Notes under the pieces: generated by a model
Told to the model about the DNA's origin: nothing
The model's database searches: none
What the model saw: the letters and a program-made list of their open reading frames with translations, nothing else
Sequence record: NC_007807.1
Strand: one strand, 5' to 3'
Length of the DNA stretch: 43,365 nt
Source of the DNA: Pseudomonas phage 119X
Position numbers and translations under genes: made by a program
Shown here: in pieces, positions 8,252-16,565 of the stretch
How the letters are laid out: each line of letters opens with the position of its first letter
Numbering within the stretch: the first letter of the stretch is position 1

Positions 8252-9508
8252 ATGAGCGTTTATGCTGGTATTTTTAATACCACCCTGAATCCTCAAGAAC
8301 TCAACATGAAGTCCTTTGCTGGGACTATTCTTCGTCGAGTTCCTAATGGTTCGGCACCGCTGCTGGCTATGACTTCGGTAGTTGGCAGCACTACCGCTAA
8401 GGCTTCTACCCATGGATACTTTTCTAAGACCATGGTATTTGCCTCGGCAGTAGTAACTGCTGAAGCTTTGGCTGATGCTACTGTTCTCACTGTAGAAAAC
8501 TCGGACGGTCTTACCAAAGGTATGATCTTCTATAACGAGGCTACTGGCGAGAACATGCGCCTGGAATTGGTCAATGGTCTCAACCTTACCGTCAAGCGTC
8601 AGACTGGTCGTATCGCGGCTGCTATCATCGCTGCGAACACTAAGCTGATTGTTATTGGCACGGCGTTTGAAGAAGGTTCTCAGCGTCCTACTGCTCGCAG
8701 CATTCAGCCTGTTTACGTGCCTAACTTTACGCAGATCTTCCGTAATGCTTGGGCGCTGACTGATACTGCGCGAGCTAGTTATGCTGAAGCAGGCTATAGC
8801 AACATTACCGAGTCTCGCCGAGATTGCATGGACTTCCATGCTACTGAGCAGGAAACTGCTATCTTCTTCGGCCAGGCTTTCATGGGCACTTATAATGGCC
8901 AGCCGCTGCATACTACTCAAGGGATTGTTGACGCGATTCGTCAGTATGCTCCGGATAACGTTAACGCTATGCCGAATCCTACGGCAGTGACTTATGATGA
9001 TGTCGTCGATGCTACTATCGATGCCTTCAAATGGTCCGTTAACGTCGGTGATAATACTCAGCGCGTCATGTTCTGCGATACCGTAGGGATGCGGACTATG
9101 CAGGATATTGGCCGGTTCTTCGGAGAAGTTACCGTTACCCAGCGTGAAACTTCCTACGGGATGGTCTTCACTGAGTGGAAATTCTTCAAGGGTCGTCTGA
9201 TTATTAAAGAACACCCGCTGTTCTCGGCCATCGGTATTTCTCCTGGCTTCGCAGTAGTAGTCGATGTTCCGGCTGTTAAGCTCGCTTACATGGATGGCCG
9301 TAACGCGAAAGTAGAAAACTATGGCCAGGGTGGTGGTGAGAATAAGTCTGGTGCTACCGATTATTCTTACGGCCACGGCGTGGATGCTCAGGGTGGTTCT
9401 CTTACTTCTGAGTGGGCTTTGGAACTGCTTAACCCGCAAGGCTGCGCAGTTATTACTGGCCTCCAGAAAGCTAAAGAGCGCGTATATCTGACCGCCCCCG
9501 CGCCGTAA
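8252..9508 (+). CDS. Major capsid protein (candidate)
   Basis: 418-aa ORF with the strongest RBS in the block (AGGAGA). Codon usage is strongly biased in the way highly expressed genes are. It lies downstream of portal and scaffold, and a strong intrinsic terminator follows it. Confidence 0.6.
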   Translation: MSVYAGIFNTTLNPQELNMKSFAGTILRRVPNGSAPLLAMTSVVGSTTAKASTHGYFSKTMVFASAVVTAEALADATVLTVENSDGLTKGMIFYNEATGENMRLELVNGLNLTVKRQTGRIAAAIIAANTKLIVIGTAFEEGSQRPTARSIQPVYVPNFTQIFRNAWALTDTARASYAEAGYSNITESRRDCMDFHATEQETAIFFGQAFMGTYNGQPLHTTQGIVDAIRQYAPDNVNAMPNPTAVTYDDVVDATIDAFKWSVNVGDNTQRVMFCDTVGMRTMQDIGRFFGEVTVTQRETSYGMVFTEWKFFKGRLIIKEHPLFSAIGISPGFAVVVDVPAVKLAYMDGRNAKVENYGQGGGENKSGATDYSYGHGVDAQGGSLTSEWALELLNPQGCAVITGLQKAKERVYLTAPAP

Positions 9509-9537
9509 TTCTTTTATCCTCTAGTGAGGATGGTCAA

Positions 9538-9571
9538 CCTGGCTCATCCTAGTGGTGGGCCAGGATTTTTT
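9538..9571 (+). terminator. Rho-independent terminator after the capsid gene
   Basis: CCTGGCTCATCC-tagt-GGTGGGCCAGG is an ~11-bp stem with two G-U pairs, followed by TTTTTT. Confidence 0.6.
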
Positions 9572-9593
9572 ATATGTGACTAGGAGAAAAGAG

Positions 9594-10010
9594 ATGACTA
9601 CTCCCCCGAATGCCGGAAATTTTCTAGCCAATCTGAAGTCTAAGGCTGCCGAAGAAGGTGTCAGTACTGAGCCTAATACTAAGGTTGAAAACAATCAGCG
9701 AGGGCTGGAGGAGATTCAAGGAGCACTTAATGCCCTTAATCCCCAAGGATTGACTCCTGCAGCCTCTATCGGAATGATTGGAAGTAGTCTGGCCTCTCAG
9801 ATTATCGAAAAGCCTGTACATGATTCCATGTCCCTGCCAGGCTATTACTCTGTTAACGTCTCCAAGGTGCGAGTAAATGGAGCAGTAGTTAAAGGGAAGA
9901 TGAACAATGGCCGATTCTATTGGCCACTCGATTCTGCCGAGGATGTAGTAGCGGTTCTGGAATCCTATGTGAAATCTGGAATGGTTATCAAGGTTTCTTC
10001 GGAGGACTGA
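9594..10010 (+). CDS. Hypothetical virion protein. Start moved to the internal ATG, which follows the terminator and carries an AGGAG RBS.
   Basis: The ORF 9552..10010 overlaps the terminator. The ATG at 9594 is preceded by aggagaaaagag. Confidence 0.4.
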   Translation: MTTPPNAGNFLANLKSKAAEEGVSTEPNTKVENNQRGLEEIQGALNALNPQGLTPAASIGMIGSSLASQIIEKPVHDSMSLPGYYSVNVSKVRVNGAVVKGKMNNGRFYWPLDSAEDVVAVLESYVKSGMVIKVSSED

Positions 10011-10012
10011 TA

Positions 10013-10666
10013 ATGGCCGCGTACGCTGGTATGATTGCAGAGAGTGTGATCTCCTTAACCGGGCGTACGGACCTGAAGGTCACTCAGGCTATTTGGTCGA
10101 TGCTGAATATGGTTGTTCGGGAGATCCAGGCTAAAAGGGATTGGCCTCAGGATCTATTCGAGGCTGTTCTTCCACCATATCCAGACTTCCAAACTACTCG
10201 CGAAATCCAGTTACCTAGATTGGATATGTGGGATTGGTATAAGCCTGAGTGGCCAGATTTCCGTCCTCCTCTTATGGGTTCTACCATCAGGAAGATTGAG
10301 TATCTAATAGTAGGAGATCAACCTGCATTAGAGCAGATTCGGGCTTCTGACGCGCTAATAGGAACCTGCCAGCGCCAAGGAGTCTATTACAAGAAAGCCC
10401 AGAATTTTCTTGTAATTAATGCTTTCCAGCCCTGGGATACTTTACGTTTAGGAATATACGTAATGCCTGGGTTGTTTACTGCTCAGAACAATACTTATGA
10501 GGAGTATTGGCTCTTTGAAGAGGCGTATGAAGTTGTCTTCGCTGGCTGTGCTTATGCAGCATATAAGGCTAGTGGGGATGATTCTTCTACGCAAATCTGG
10601 TGGTCTGATTACCAGCAAAAGCTAGCCGCTTGGATTGCTAGCAGGGTGGATAGCGATATGGTGTAA
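10013..10666 (+). CDS. Hypothetical structural protein. The start is taken at the internal in-frame ATG, which has a GGAGG RBS and avoids overlap with the upstream gene.
   Basis: The ORF 9920..10666 is in frame. The ATG at 10013 directly follows the upstream gene's stop. Confidence 0.4.
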   Translation: MAAYAGMIAESVISLTGRTDLKVTQAIWSMLNMVVREIQAKRDWPQDLFEAVLPPYPDFQTTREIQLPRLDMWDWYKPEWPDFRPPLMGSTIRKIEYLIVGDQPALEQIRASDALIGTCQRQGVYYKKAQNFLVINAFQPWDTLRLGIYVMPGLFTAQNNTYEEYWLFEEAYEVVFAGCAYAAYKASGDDSSTQIWWSDYQQKLAAWIASRVDSDMV

Positions 10667-10677
10667 GGAGAGCCAAG

Positions 10678-11025
10678 ATGGGACTAGAGCCGATTCTAGG
10701 AGTCCCTCTCAGCGTAATAGTCCTGTTTCTTCTGGCAGCTGGGGCAAGAATATTTATTGCTTCGGAACCTCTGACTTATAAGGGAATTCTAGGCCAAATT
10801 TTCTACACGTTCTTTGTGGGATTTGTGGCCTACCCTTACTTAGCCAACGAAGTAGAAGCCAAGGGTCTTATAACTCTAATGCTTGCAATAGGCTGTTTCG
10901 CAGCAAAGGATATTCTAGAAATAGTTCTAGTATTATTCAAGCAAGTAAAAAATGACCCCCTAGGCATTGTGAGGGAATTCTTGAACTGGAGGCGAGCAAG
11001 CAAACGAGGCGATGACGACCGATGA
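10678..11025 (+). CDS. Holin (class I-like, three predicted TM segments, charged C-terminus)
   Basis: 115-aa protein with three hydrophobic stretches and a basic/acidic tail (RRASKRGDDDR). It sits directly upstream of the endolysin and has a strong AAGGAGA RBS. Confidence 0.55.
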   Translation: MGLEPILGVPLSVIVLFLLAAGARIFIASEPLTYKGILGQIFYTFFVGFVAYPYLANEVEAKGLITLMLAIGCFAAKDILEIVLVLFKQVKNDPLGIVREFLNWRRASKRGDDDR

Positions 11026-11423
11026 ACTATATAGTTTGGTTATACGCGGTCATAATTCTGCTAGGTATCTGTATCTTTCTATATACCCTTTGGGGCTACG
11101 CTGAGTGTGAGAGTACAAGGGGTCATAGAGCATACGTTCTTCCTATTTTTACCTCGATAGGCTGGGTAATGGTGGGATTTGACGGAGTTACTGCTCAAAT
11201 TAGAGAGACGCATGGTAGGCCGGATGGGATAGCTTTCTTACTCCTGACAGCTTCTACTCTGATATCCCTAGCATTGTTCATTCAGCATTACAGGAGATGT
11301 CATTGTGAAACTCAGCGAAAAACGAGCACTGTTCACCCAGCTGCTAGCTCAGTTAATTCTCTGGGCAGGCACTCAGGACAAAGTCCAAGTAGCATTGGAT
11401 CAGGTGAAAAGGACACAGGCTGA
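11022..11423 (+). CDS. Second small membrane protein (holin or antiholin candidate)
   Basis: The N-terminal ~90 aa have three TM-like segments. The ATGA start/stop overlap with the holin suggests translational coupling. The 3' ~119 nt overlap the endolysin ORF in another frame. Confidence 0.35.
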   Translation: MNYIVWLYAVIILLGICIFLYTLWGYAECESTRGHRAYVLPIFTSIGWVMVGFDGVTAQIRETHGRPDGIAFLLLTASTLISLALFIQHYRRCHCETQRKTSTVHPAASSVNSLGRHSGQSPSSIGSGEKDTG

Positions 11424-11655
11424 GGCTGATGCCAATGCTAAGTCTGGAGCAGGCATTAGGAACTCTCTCCATCTACTGGGATTAGCCGGTGATCTTATCC
11501 TCTACAAGGATGGTAAGTACATGGATAAGAGTGAGGATTATAAGTTCCTAGGAGATTACTGGAAGGGTCTCCATCCTCTTTGTCGGTGGGGCGGAGATTT
11601 TAAAAGCCGTCCTGATGGTAATCATTTCTCCTTGGAACACGAAGGAGTGCAATAA
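11305..11655 (+). CDS. Endolysin, peptidase M15 family (L-alanyl-D-glutamate / VanY-like zinc peptidase)
   Basis: Motifs SLHLLGLAGDL and DGNHFS (the H..D...H zinc triad). The N-terminus LSEKRALFTQLL parallels the T5-type M15 endolysin start. GTG start. Confidence 0.7.
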   Translation: MKLSEKRALFTQLLAQLILWAGTQDKVQVALDQVKRTQAEADANAKSGAGIRNSLHLLGLAGDLILYKDGKYMDKSEDYKFLGDYWKGLHPLCRWGGDFKSRPDGNHFSLEHEGVQ

Positions 11656-12042
11656 ATGAAAGCGCTAGTCTACAAGATTGCCATTGGACTGGCTCTTGGG
11701 CTAGCGCTTTTTTCGTTGTGGTCGTATTATTCCCTGCAATTGACTAAGCAGGAGTTGGCCACAACTAAAGAAGCGTTAGCGGATAAATCCAAGGAAGTCG
11801 AATTTTTAAATACTAGTCTACAGTTACGGGATAAAGTAGCTTTGCAGACTGCCGAACGAGAAGGAGCTATTAATGCTCAACTTCAGCGTATCTATGCGAC
11901 TGTGTCTAAGTATAAGTCGCAAACTAATTCTGCATCCGATCAGTGCCTTGGGCTTGTTCCTAGTCCTGAGTTCCTTGAGTGGGTGCGCAGAGCAGAAGCC
12001 GATTCCAAGGATAAGTCCGGCGCTGCTAGTTCCAATAAATAA
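11656..12042 (+). CDS. i-spanin (Rz-like)
   Basis: N-terminal TM (IAIGLALGLALFSLWSYY) followed by coiled-coil-like charged sequence. AAGGAG RBS. It follows the endolysin and contains the Rz1 start in the +1 frame. Confidence 0.6.
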   Translation: MKALVYKIAIGLALGLALFSLWSYYSLQLTKQELATTKEALADKSKEVEFLNTSLQLRDKVALQTAEREGAINAQLQRIYATVSKYKSQTNSASDQCLGLVPSPEFLEWVRRAEADSKDKSGAASSNK

Positions 12043-12169
12043 ACTTCCTGAGCCAGTAACCTTTCAGGATTATGTTATCTACCATAGGGCGGCTAGCAAG
12101 CTATTAGATATGTGTAATGGCCGCCTTGAGAGCATTGGAGTAGAAAATGGCAACTTCAGTTCCAAATAA
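11894..12169 (+). CDS. o-spanin (Rz1-like outer-membrane lipoprotein), overlapping the 3' end of Rz in another frame
   Basis: Signal peptide MRLCLSISRKLILHPISALGLFLVLSSLSG|C with lipobox LSGC. The mature ~61 aa is proline-rich (CAEQKPIPRISPALLVPINKLPEP). Confidence 0.6.
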   Translation: MRLCLSISRKLILHPISALGLFLVLSSLSGCAEQKPIPRISPALLVPINKLPEPVTFQDYVIYHRAASKLLDMCNGRLESIGVENGNFSSK

Positions 12170-12518
12170 CGCAATGATTCTAGCTTCTGAAGCAGGAAGA
12201 TATATTCCTGTAGATGTGGTCAGACCTAAGTATCAGAAGCTATTAAATCCAGGAGCAGAATTGACGGCCTTTGAACTACCAGAAGAAGTCAATTTCTGTC
12301 TAGTAATCCCAAGTGTAGACATGCTTTTGGTTGCGGATTCTCAGAATGTTATAAATCCTGGAGGTTGGACAAATTTTGGGTATGCTATGAAAGCAGACCG
12401 AGAATACAAATTTATACTTCCGAAAAAGATAATGTTGCAGGGATCAGGTTCTTGCCAATTTAATATTTGTGAGAAATGGTCAACTCTGCAACAAGAAGGT
12501 AAATATACTACTTCTTAA
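12147..12518 (+). CDS. Hypothetical protein
   Basis: 123-aa ORF with a GGAG RBS, between the lysis cassette and the large tail gene. Confidence 0.4.
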   Translation: MATSVPNNAMILASEAGRYIPVDVVRPKYQKLLNPGAELTAFELPEEVNFCLVIPSVDMLLVADSQNVINPGGWTNFGYAMKADREYKFILPKKIMLQGSGSCQFNICEKWSTLQQEGKYTTS

Positions 12519-12528
12519 GGAGACAGTC

Positions 12529-15500
12529 ATGGCAGATTCTAGAGGTATGTATTTAGATACCAGCCGGTCTATGCTGGTTATTGATCCTGCTAAGATGCCC
12601 AATAACTTGGGTAAGGCTACGGCTGAAGACACGACGGATTCTTCTTTCCCTGTCATTGCGTATCATGGCTGGAATATTCTTCCTACTCCGATGGGATATA
12701 AGTCTGCTTTTGGGCTTATGCCTTATCTCAGGGCTGATCCTCAGCCGGACGATGGGAATCCGCTAAAGCAACTCCGTAAGCAGGATCTATTTACTTATCA
12801 GACCATTAACTTCTATAACCTGGGAGTTATGCTGACTGAGGGTGGATTCTGGATGTACAGTTCTATTGGGAACTATAAATCTGGAATTGACCTGGATTTA
12901 GAAGAGTGGGTTCAAATTTTTCCTGTTCCTACTGCTCAGGATACCCTGTACTTGTGGACTCGGTGTGTTATTGATAATACCATCTACATTTATCACCAGG
13001 GAGATCCTGAGATTTATGTGCTGGCGGACTATGGAAAGATTCAACAATGGAAGGCCAAGCCTAATACAACACTAGTAGTAGAATCCGTTGACTGGCAGTT
13101 TGGCATTGTCAAATTCATTCCCACCTTCTTGAATATGGAAGGTCAAGTAGGAGTTTTCAAAGCAGATAACCGCCTTGGCATGTGGGATACTGATAATGCA
13201 ATCGCCTGGTCTTCGGCAGTGGATAAACAGGACTTTAAGCCTGATGCTACTACTTTTGCTGGGGTGACTAAATTCGCCTCGGTAGATGGTCAGATTTCAA
13301 TAATTCTTCAGCATGGGCCTGGGTTCATTATCTACGCCAGCAGAAGTATCTCGATCTGTACCCCCATCACTGGTACTCCAGAAAAGTTCTCAGGTAGGGC
13401 AATTCTGAACAAAACTGGTGTTCCCTATTACTTCCAGGCTACTATGGGACAGCCGGATACAGTCCATTTCTCCTGGACTAACTCTGGCCTACTGAGAATT
13501 ACTAATGGTAATCCTGAGTTCATAGAACCAGATGTTAGTAACTTCTTAATGAATAATTTCCAGGTTATTCGTCCTATGGTTATCAATGGTAGCCATCTGT
13601 TCATCAGCGTAGCTAATAATTCCCGAGACTCGGCTAATAGTCGTTACGCTGTACTGGTTTATGATGGTAAGGGAAAGCCAGGGTACTTTAACCCGCCAAG
13701 GTATGAGTATCCTGATCAAGCAATTGATTGGCTTCATGATTTTATCTGGGGACAGTTACCGGAATACCAGGAGCAATTACCTGAGTATGAAACTATTCCA
13801 CCGGATAATGATCCTCCACCTCTGGCTGAGCAGCGTCCCTTGATCCCATGCTATGAGGGGTATACTTTTATTCCTCCTAGTGGATTTGAGACTATTGACT
13901 GGAATACTGGAACTGGGACCACTATCAGTGTACCTAGTATTCCATCCTTCAGATTCCCTGGAGGAGTTTACAATATGATAGATCCTCAAATCCATGGACT
14001 TAATCAGGATACGGCTTTGTGGCGATATGAGGCTGGTCCAATTGTTAGTCCTCCAGGTGCTCACTTCATTGACAAGGCAGGAGAAGAGTTCGCAGAAATC
14101 TGGACTCAGATGGTAACAGACTTGAATGCTGTTAGGGATAAACTAGGAGATGTTCTTAGGGATACCAATAAGTCTCTTACCAACTCAGGAGAAATGGACT
14201 TTGTAGGGGATAGGGAAACCTGTCGGGCTAAGCCTGTCCCTGATATTCCTCCTGTTCTCCCCCTGGAAGAGGACCCTAATACTATCTGGATTCCAGAAGC
14301 CAAACGGACTATTAGTAATCTTCTAATCGATATCAAAATGGAGATTGAGTCCAATGGATGTGATGTTAAAGTAATAGCCACTATCGCAGATTACACTGTT
14401 GAGACTGGTTGGAGGGTAATAGACGAGGGATGGCAGGATTGCAATATTGATGATCCTGATAACTATAAGTGGGGATATGTATCCGCACCAGGTGTTCCGC
14501 CTGATACTGCGGCTATTGGTAAAAGGGAAAATTTAGTCAAAAAGGTTGAAGGGTCTGAAGTAGAGGTAACAGTATTCCAATGCAAATGTTCCGGATTTGG
14601 TTACTTCCCTGCTGGAGGATTTAGCTTTAGGAAAACCCATTCCCGTAGTATCTTTAAGCCTTGTTCCCCAACTCCTCAGGTAACAGTTATTACTATGCCT
14701 CCTAATACTGTTCCTGATTTCCCTCCTGAGAAGGATCTCATCTATCCTCCTTATGAGAGTTCTGGTGGAGGATTTGGATATCCTAATCAGTTCCCTGGAA
14801 ATGGGAAAGGTTGGATACGTGAGCCAGGGAGTTCTGATTTTGGATTCCCAGATACTTTCCCAACTTGGGCTAATATAGGTAAAGGTTTCCAGGTTCCGTA
14901 CTACCCTGTCTATGATAAGGCTTATGTGCTCGATCTTAGGCTTGGTAAGTATGGAGTATACTCTGATCCTCATGTTTTGATCTGGGAAGCTCTGCCTTCT
15001 AACCGTGCTCAGAAAATTGAACAAGGTAATACTCAAGCAGGAGATTATCAGTATAGGGTGCTGTCGGAGATTGGGGCTGGGGCAGTTTGCGGAATCCCCT
15101 TAGAATGGGATGGAGAACAGACAGGGTATAGAGATTTGGCCCGATTCAATAATCTACCCATTCTACTGGCTAGTTTCAACGCTCTGTCGCTAGTTAGACT
15201 AGGCAAAATTGGATATCGTAGAGCAGGATTCACTGAGCTACACGGAATTAGTATCGATGTAGGATCTACAGTATTCAATCAGAATGACACCTGCCATGTT
15301 AACATTTATGGGGCAACGGATAATATCAAGTTTAATCCTTACCAATCTCCGGATGATGGCCCATTCCCAATAGGTGATCAGCTATGGAAAGATTATAGCT
15401 ATTGGAATCCTGAGGATAGGGATATGGGAGCATATGTCCATACTAATATGTTTGGATTTAAGCTACAGGGATATCCTTCTGCTACGGCGGAAATTCCTTT

Positions 15501-15624
15501 CCTCAGAACAGCAAGATGGTTTATAGTAGAACTTCGCGGGCAGTTCGATATTTCCAGCATAGTTCTATACGGGAAGCCGGTCGGAAGACTTCGCTTCGTA
15601 TCTGATCCGTTTACTCCAACGTAA
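12529..15624 (+). CDS. Large tail protein (tail tubular-B-like or tail fibre candidate). Start taken at the internal ATG with a perfect AAGGAG RBS.
   Basis: ~1031-aa ORF. The upstream sequence reads cttAAGGAGacagtcATG. Its position precedes the three internal-protein-like genes. Confidence 0.5.
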   Translation: MADSRGMYLDTSRSMLVIDPAKMPNNLGKATAEDTTDSSFPVIAYHGWNILPTPMGYKSAFGLMPYLRADPQPDDGNPLKQLRKQDLFTYQTINFYNLGVMLTEGGFWMYSSIGNYKSGIDLDLEEWVQIFPVPTAQDTLYLWTRCVIDNTIYIYHQGDPEIYVLADYGKIQQWKAKPNTTLVVESVDWQFGIVKFIPTFLNMEGQVGVFKADNRLGMWDTDNAIAWSSAVDKQDFKPDATTFAGVTKFASVDGQISIILQHGPGFIIYASRSISICTPITGTPEKFSGRAILNKTGVPYYFQATMGQPDTVHFSWTNSGLLRITNGNPEFIEPDVSNFLMNNFQVIRPMVINGSHLFISVANNSRDSANSRYAVLVYDGKGKPGYFNPPRYEYPDQAIDWLHDFIWGQLPEYQEQLPEYETIPPDNDPPPLAEQRPLIPCYEGYTFIPPSGFETIDWNTGTGTTISVPSIPSFRFPGGVYNMIDPQIHGLNQDTALWRYEAGPIVSPPGAHFIDKAGEEFAEIWTQMVTDLNAVRDKLGDVLRDTNKSLTNSGEMDFVGDRETCRAKPVPDIPPVLPLEEDPNTIWIPEAKRTISNLLIDIKMEIESNGCDVKVIATIADYTVETGWRVIDEGWQDCNIDDPDNYKWGYVSAPGVPPDTAAIGKRENLVKKVEGSEVEVTVFQCKCSGFGYFPAGGFSFRKTHSRSIFKPCSPTPQVTVITMPPNTVPDFPPEKDLIYPPYESSGGGFGYPNQFPGNGKGWIREPGSSDFGFPDTFPTWANIGKGFQVPYYPVYDKAYVLDLRLGKYGVYSDPHVLIWEALPSNRAQKIEQGNTQAGDYQYRVLSEIGAGAVCGIPLEWDGEQTGYRDLARFNNLPILLASFNALSLVRLGKIGYRRAGFTELHGISIDVGSTVFNQNDTCHVNIYGATDNIKFNPYQSPDDGPFPIGDQLWKDYSYWNPEDRDMGAYVHTNMFGFKLQGYPSATAEIPFLRTARWFIVELRGQFDISSIVLYGKPVGRLRFVSDPFTPT

Positions 15625-15634
15625 GGAGATAATA

Positions 15635-16552
15635 ATGGCTATTAGTCGCAATACTCCTCCGGGAGGTCAAGGAGTTACTCAGACCACTAATAATAGTGGC
15701 GGGACAACTACTACGACTGTGGGACCCTCTTCGTCGTCTTCTGTAGGAGGGTCGTCTACTACTCAGTCTGGACGAACTAGCTCTGCTTCTAGTCAGACTA
15801 CTAGTGGATCTAGAACTCAGACGGGGACGCAGACTACAGTAACCAATAATATGGACCCTGCTAGTTTTGCTGCTTTGCAACAGCTTATCCAGCAACTAAC
15901 TAGTGGTGGGACTCCTGAGCAGCGTCAACAGCGTGAGCAAATTCAAGAGGAGCTAAAGGCTAACAGTCTGCGTCAGCAGCAGTATTCAAAAGAAGCCGCT
16001 CAAGAAGATTCTGCAGCAGCTGTTAATGCTCAGATGACCCAGGCCTTAGAACAGCTTATCCCTACTATTTCTGCAGGGATAGATGCTGCTGGTACCTCTG
16101 GATCAGCAATGGCTGCCCTACTGAGTCAGGATGCTGCTGAGCGGGCCTCTAGACAGGCTGCTCAACTAGGACTAGAAGCAGCTATCTCTTATGGGCAGAT
16201 AGCTAACCAGGCTTCTGGCAATAATGTTAGTCTCCTGCAGATTGAAGATCCTGTTATGAAGAATCTTCTAGAGGCTCTCAATATTGCCAAAGGGGCGCAG
16301 ACTTCATCCACTACTAAGACTAGCAATACTGAGCGGTGGAACGAAGTCATTAATCAGTCTGGGATCAGCAATACTAGCTCTACGTCTAATACCAGTAATT
16401 GGCAGAATAACTTCCAGTCTGGTAATACGACTACGCAGACAACTGGTCCTTCGTCGTCAACTACAACGACTAGTCCTAATTCCACTATTAATAATATGGG
16501 TAACCGAGGCGGATTAACTACTCCGTCTAGTTACTCTCAAGGTACTCGTTAA
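15635..16552 (+). CDS. S/T/Q-rich virion protein (internal core, gp14-like position)
   Basis: 305 aa with long Ser/Thr-rich low-complexity N- and C-termini. Strong AAGGAG RBS. Confidence 0.45.
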   Translation: MAISRNTPPGGQGVTQTTNNSGGTTTTTVGPSSSSSVGGSSTTQSGRTSSASSQTTSGSRTQTGTQTTVTNNMDPASFAALQQLIQQLTSGGTPEQRQQREQIQEELKANSLRQQQYSKEAAQEDSAAAVNAQMTQALEQLIPTISAGIDAAGTSGSAMAALLSQDAAERASRQAAQLGLEAAISYGQIANQASGNNVSLLQIEDPVMKNLLEALNIAKGAQTSSTTKTSNTERWNEVINQSGISNTSSTSNTSNWQNNFQSGNTTTQTTGPSSSTTTTSPNSTINNMGNRGGLTTPSSYSQGTR

Positions 16553-16565
16553 TAGGAGATTTATA

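Noticed and set aside
8213-9439. 408-aa minus-strand ORF spanning nearly the whole capsid gene
   Set aside because: It is antisense to the plus-strand ORF that has a strong RBS, expression-type codon bias and the proper place in the head module. The minus frame is R/S-rich and lacks an RBS. Long antisense ORFs are expected opposite genes with GC-rich third positions.
13546-15895. Series of 60-170-aa minus-strand ORFs inside the 1031-aa tail gene, and similar ones (18350..22491) inside the 1849-aa gene
   Set aside because: All are antisense within long, well-supported plus-strand genes. They have no RBS and low-complexity S/R/L-rich products.
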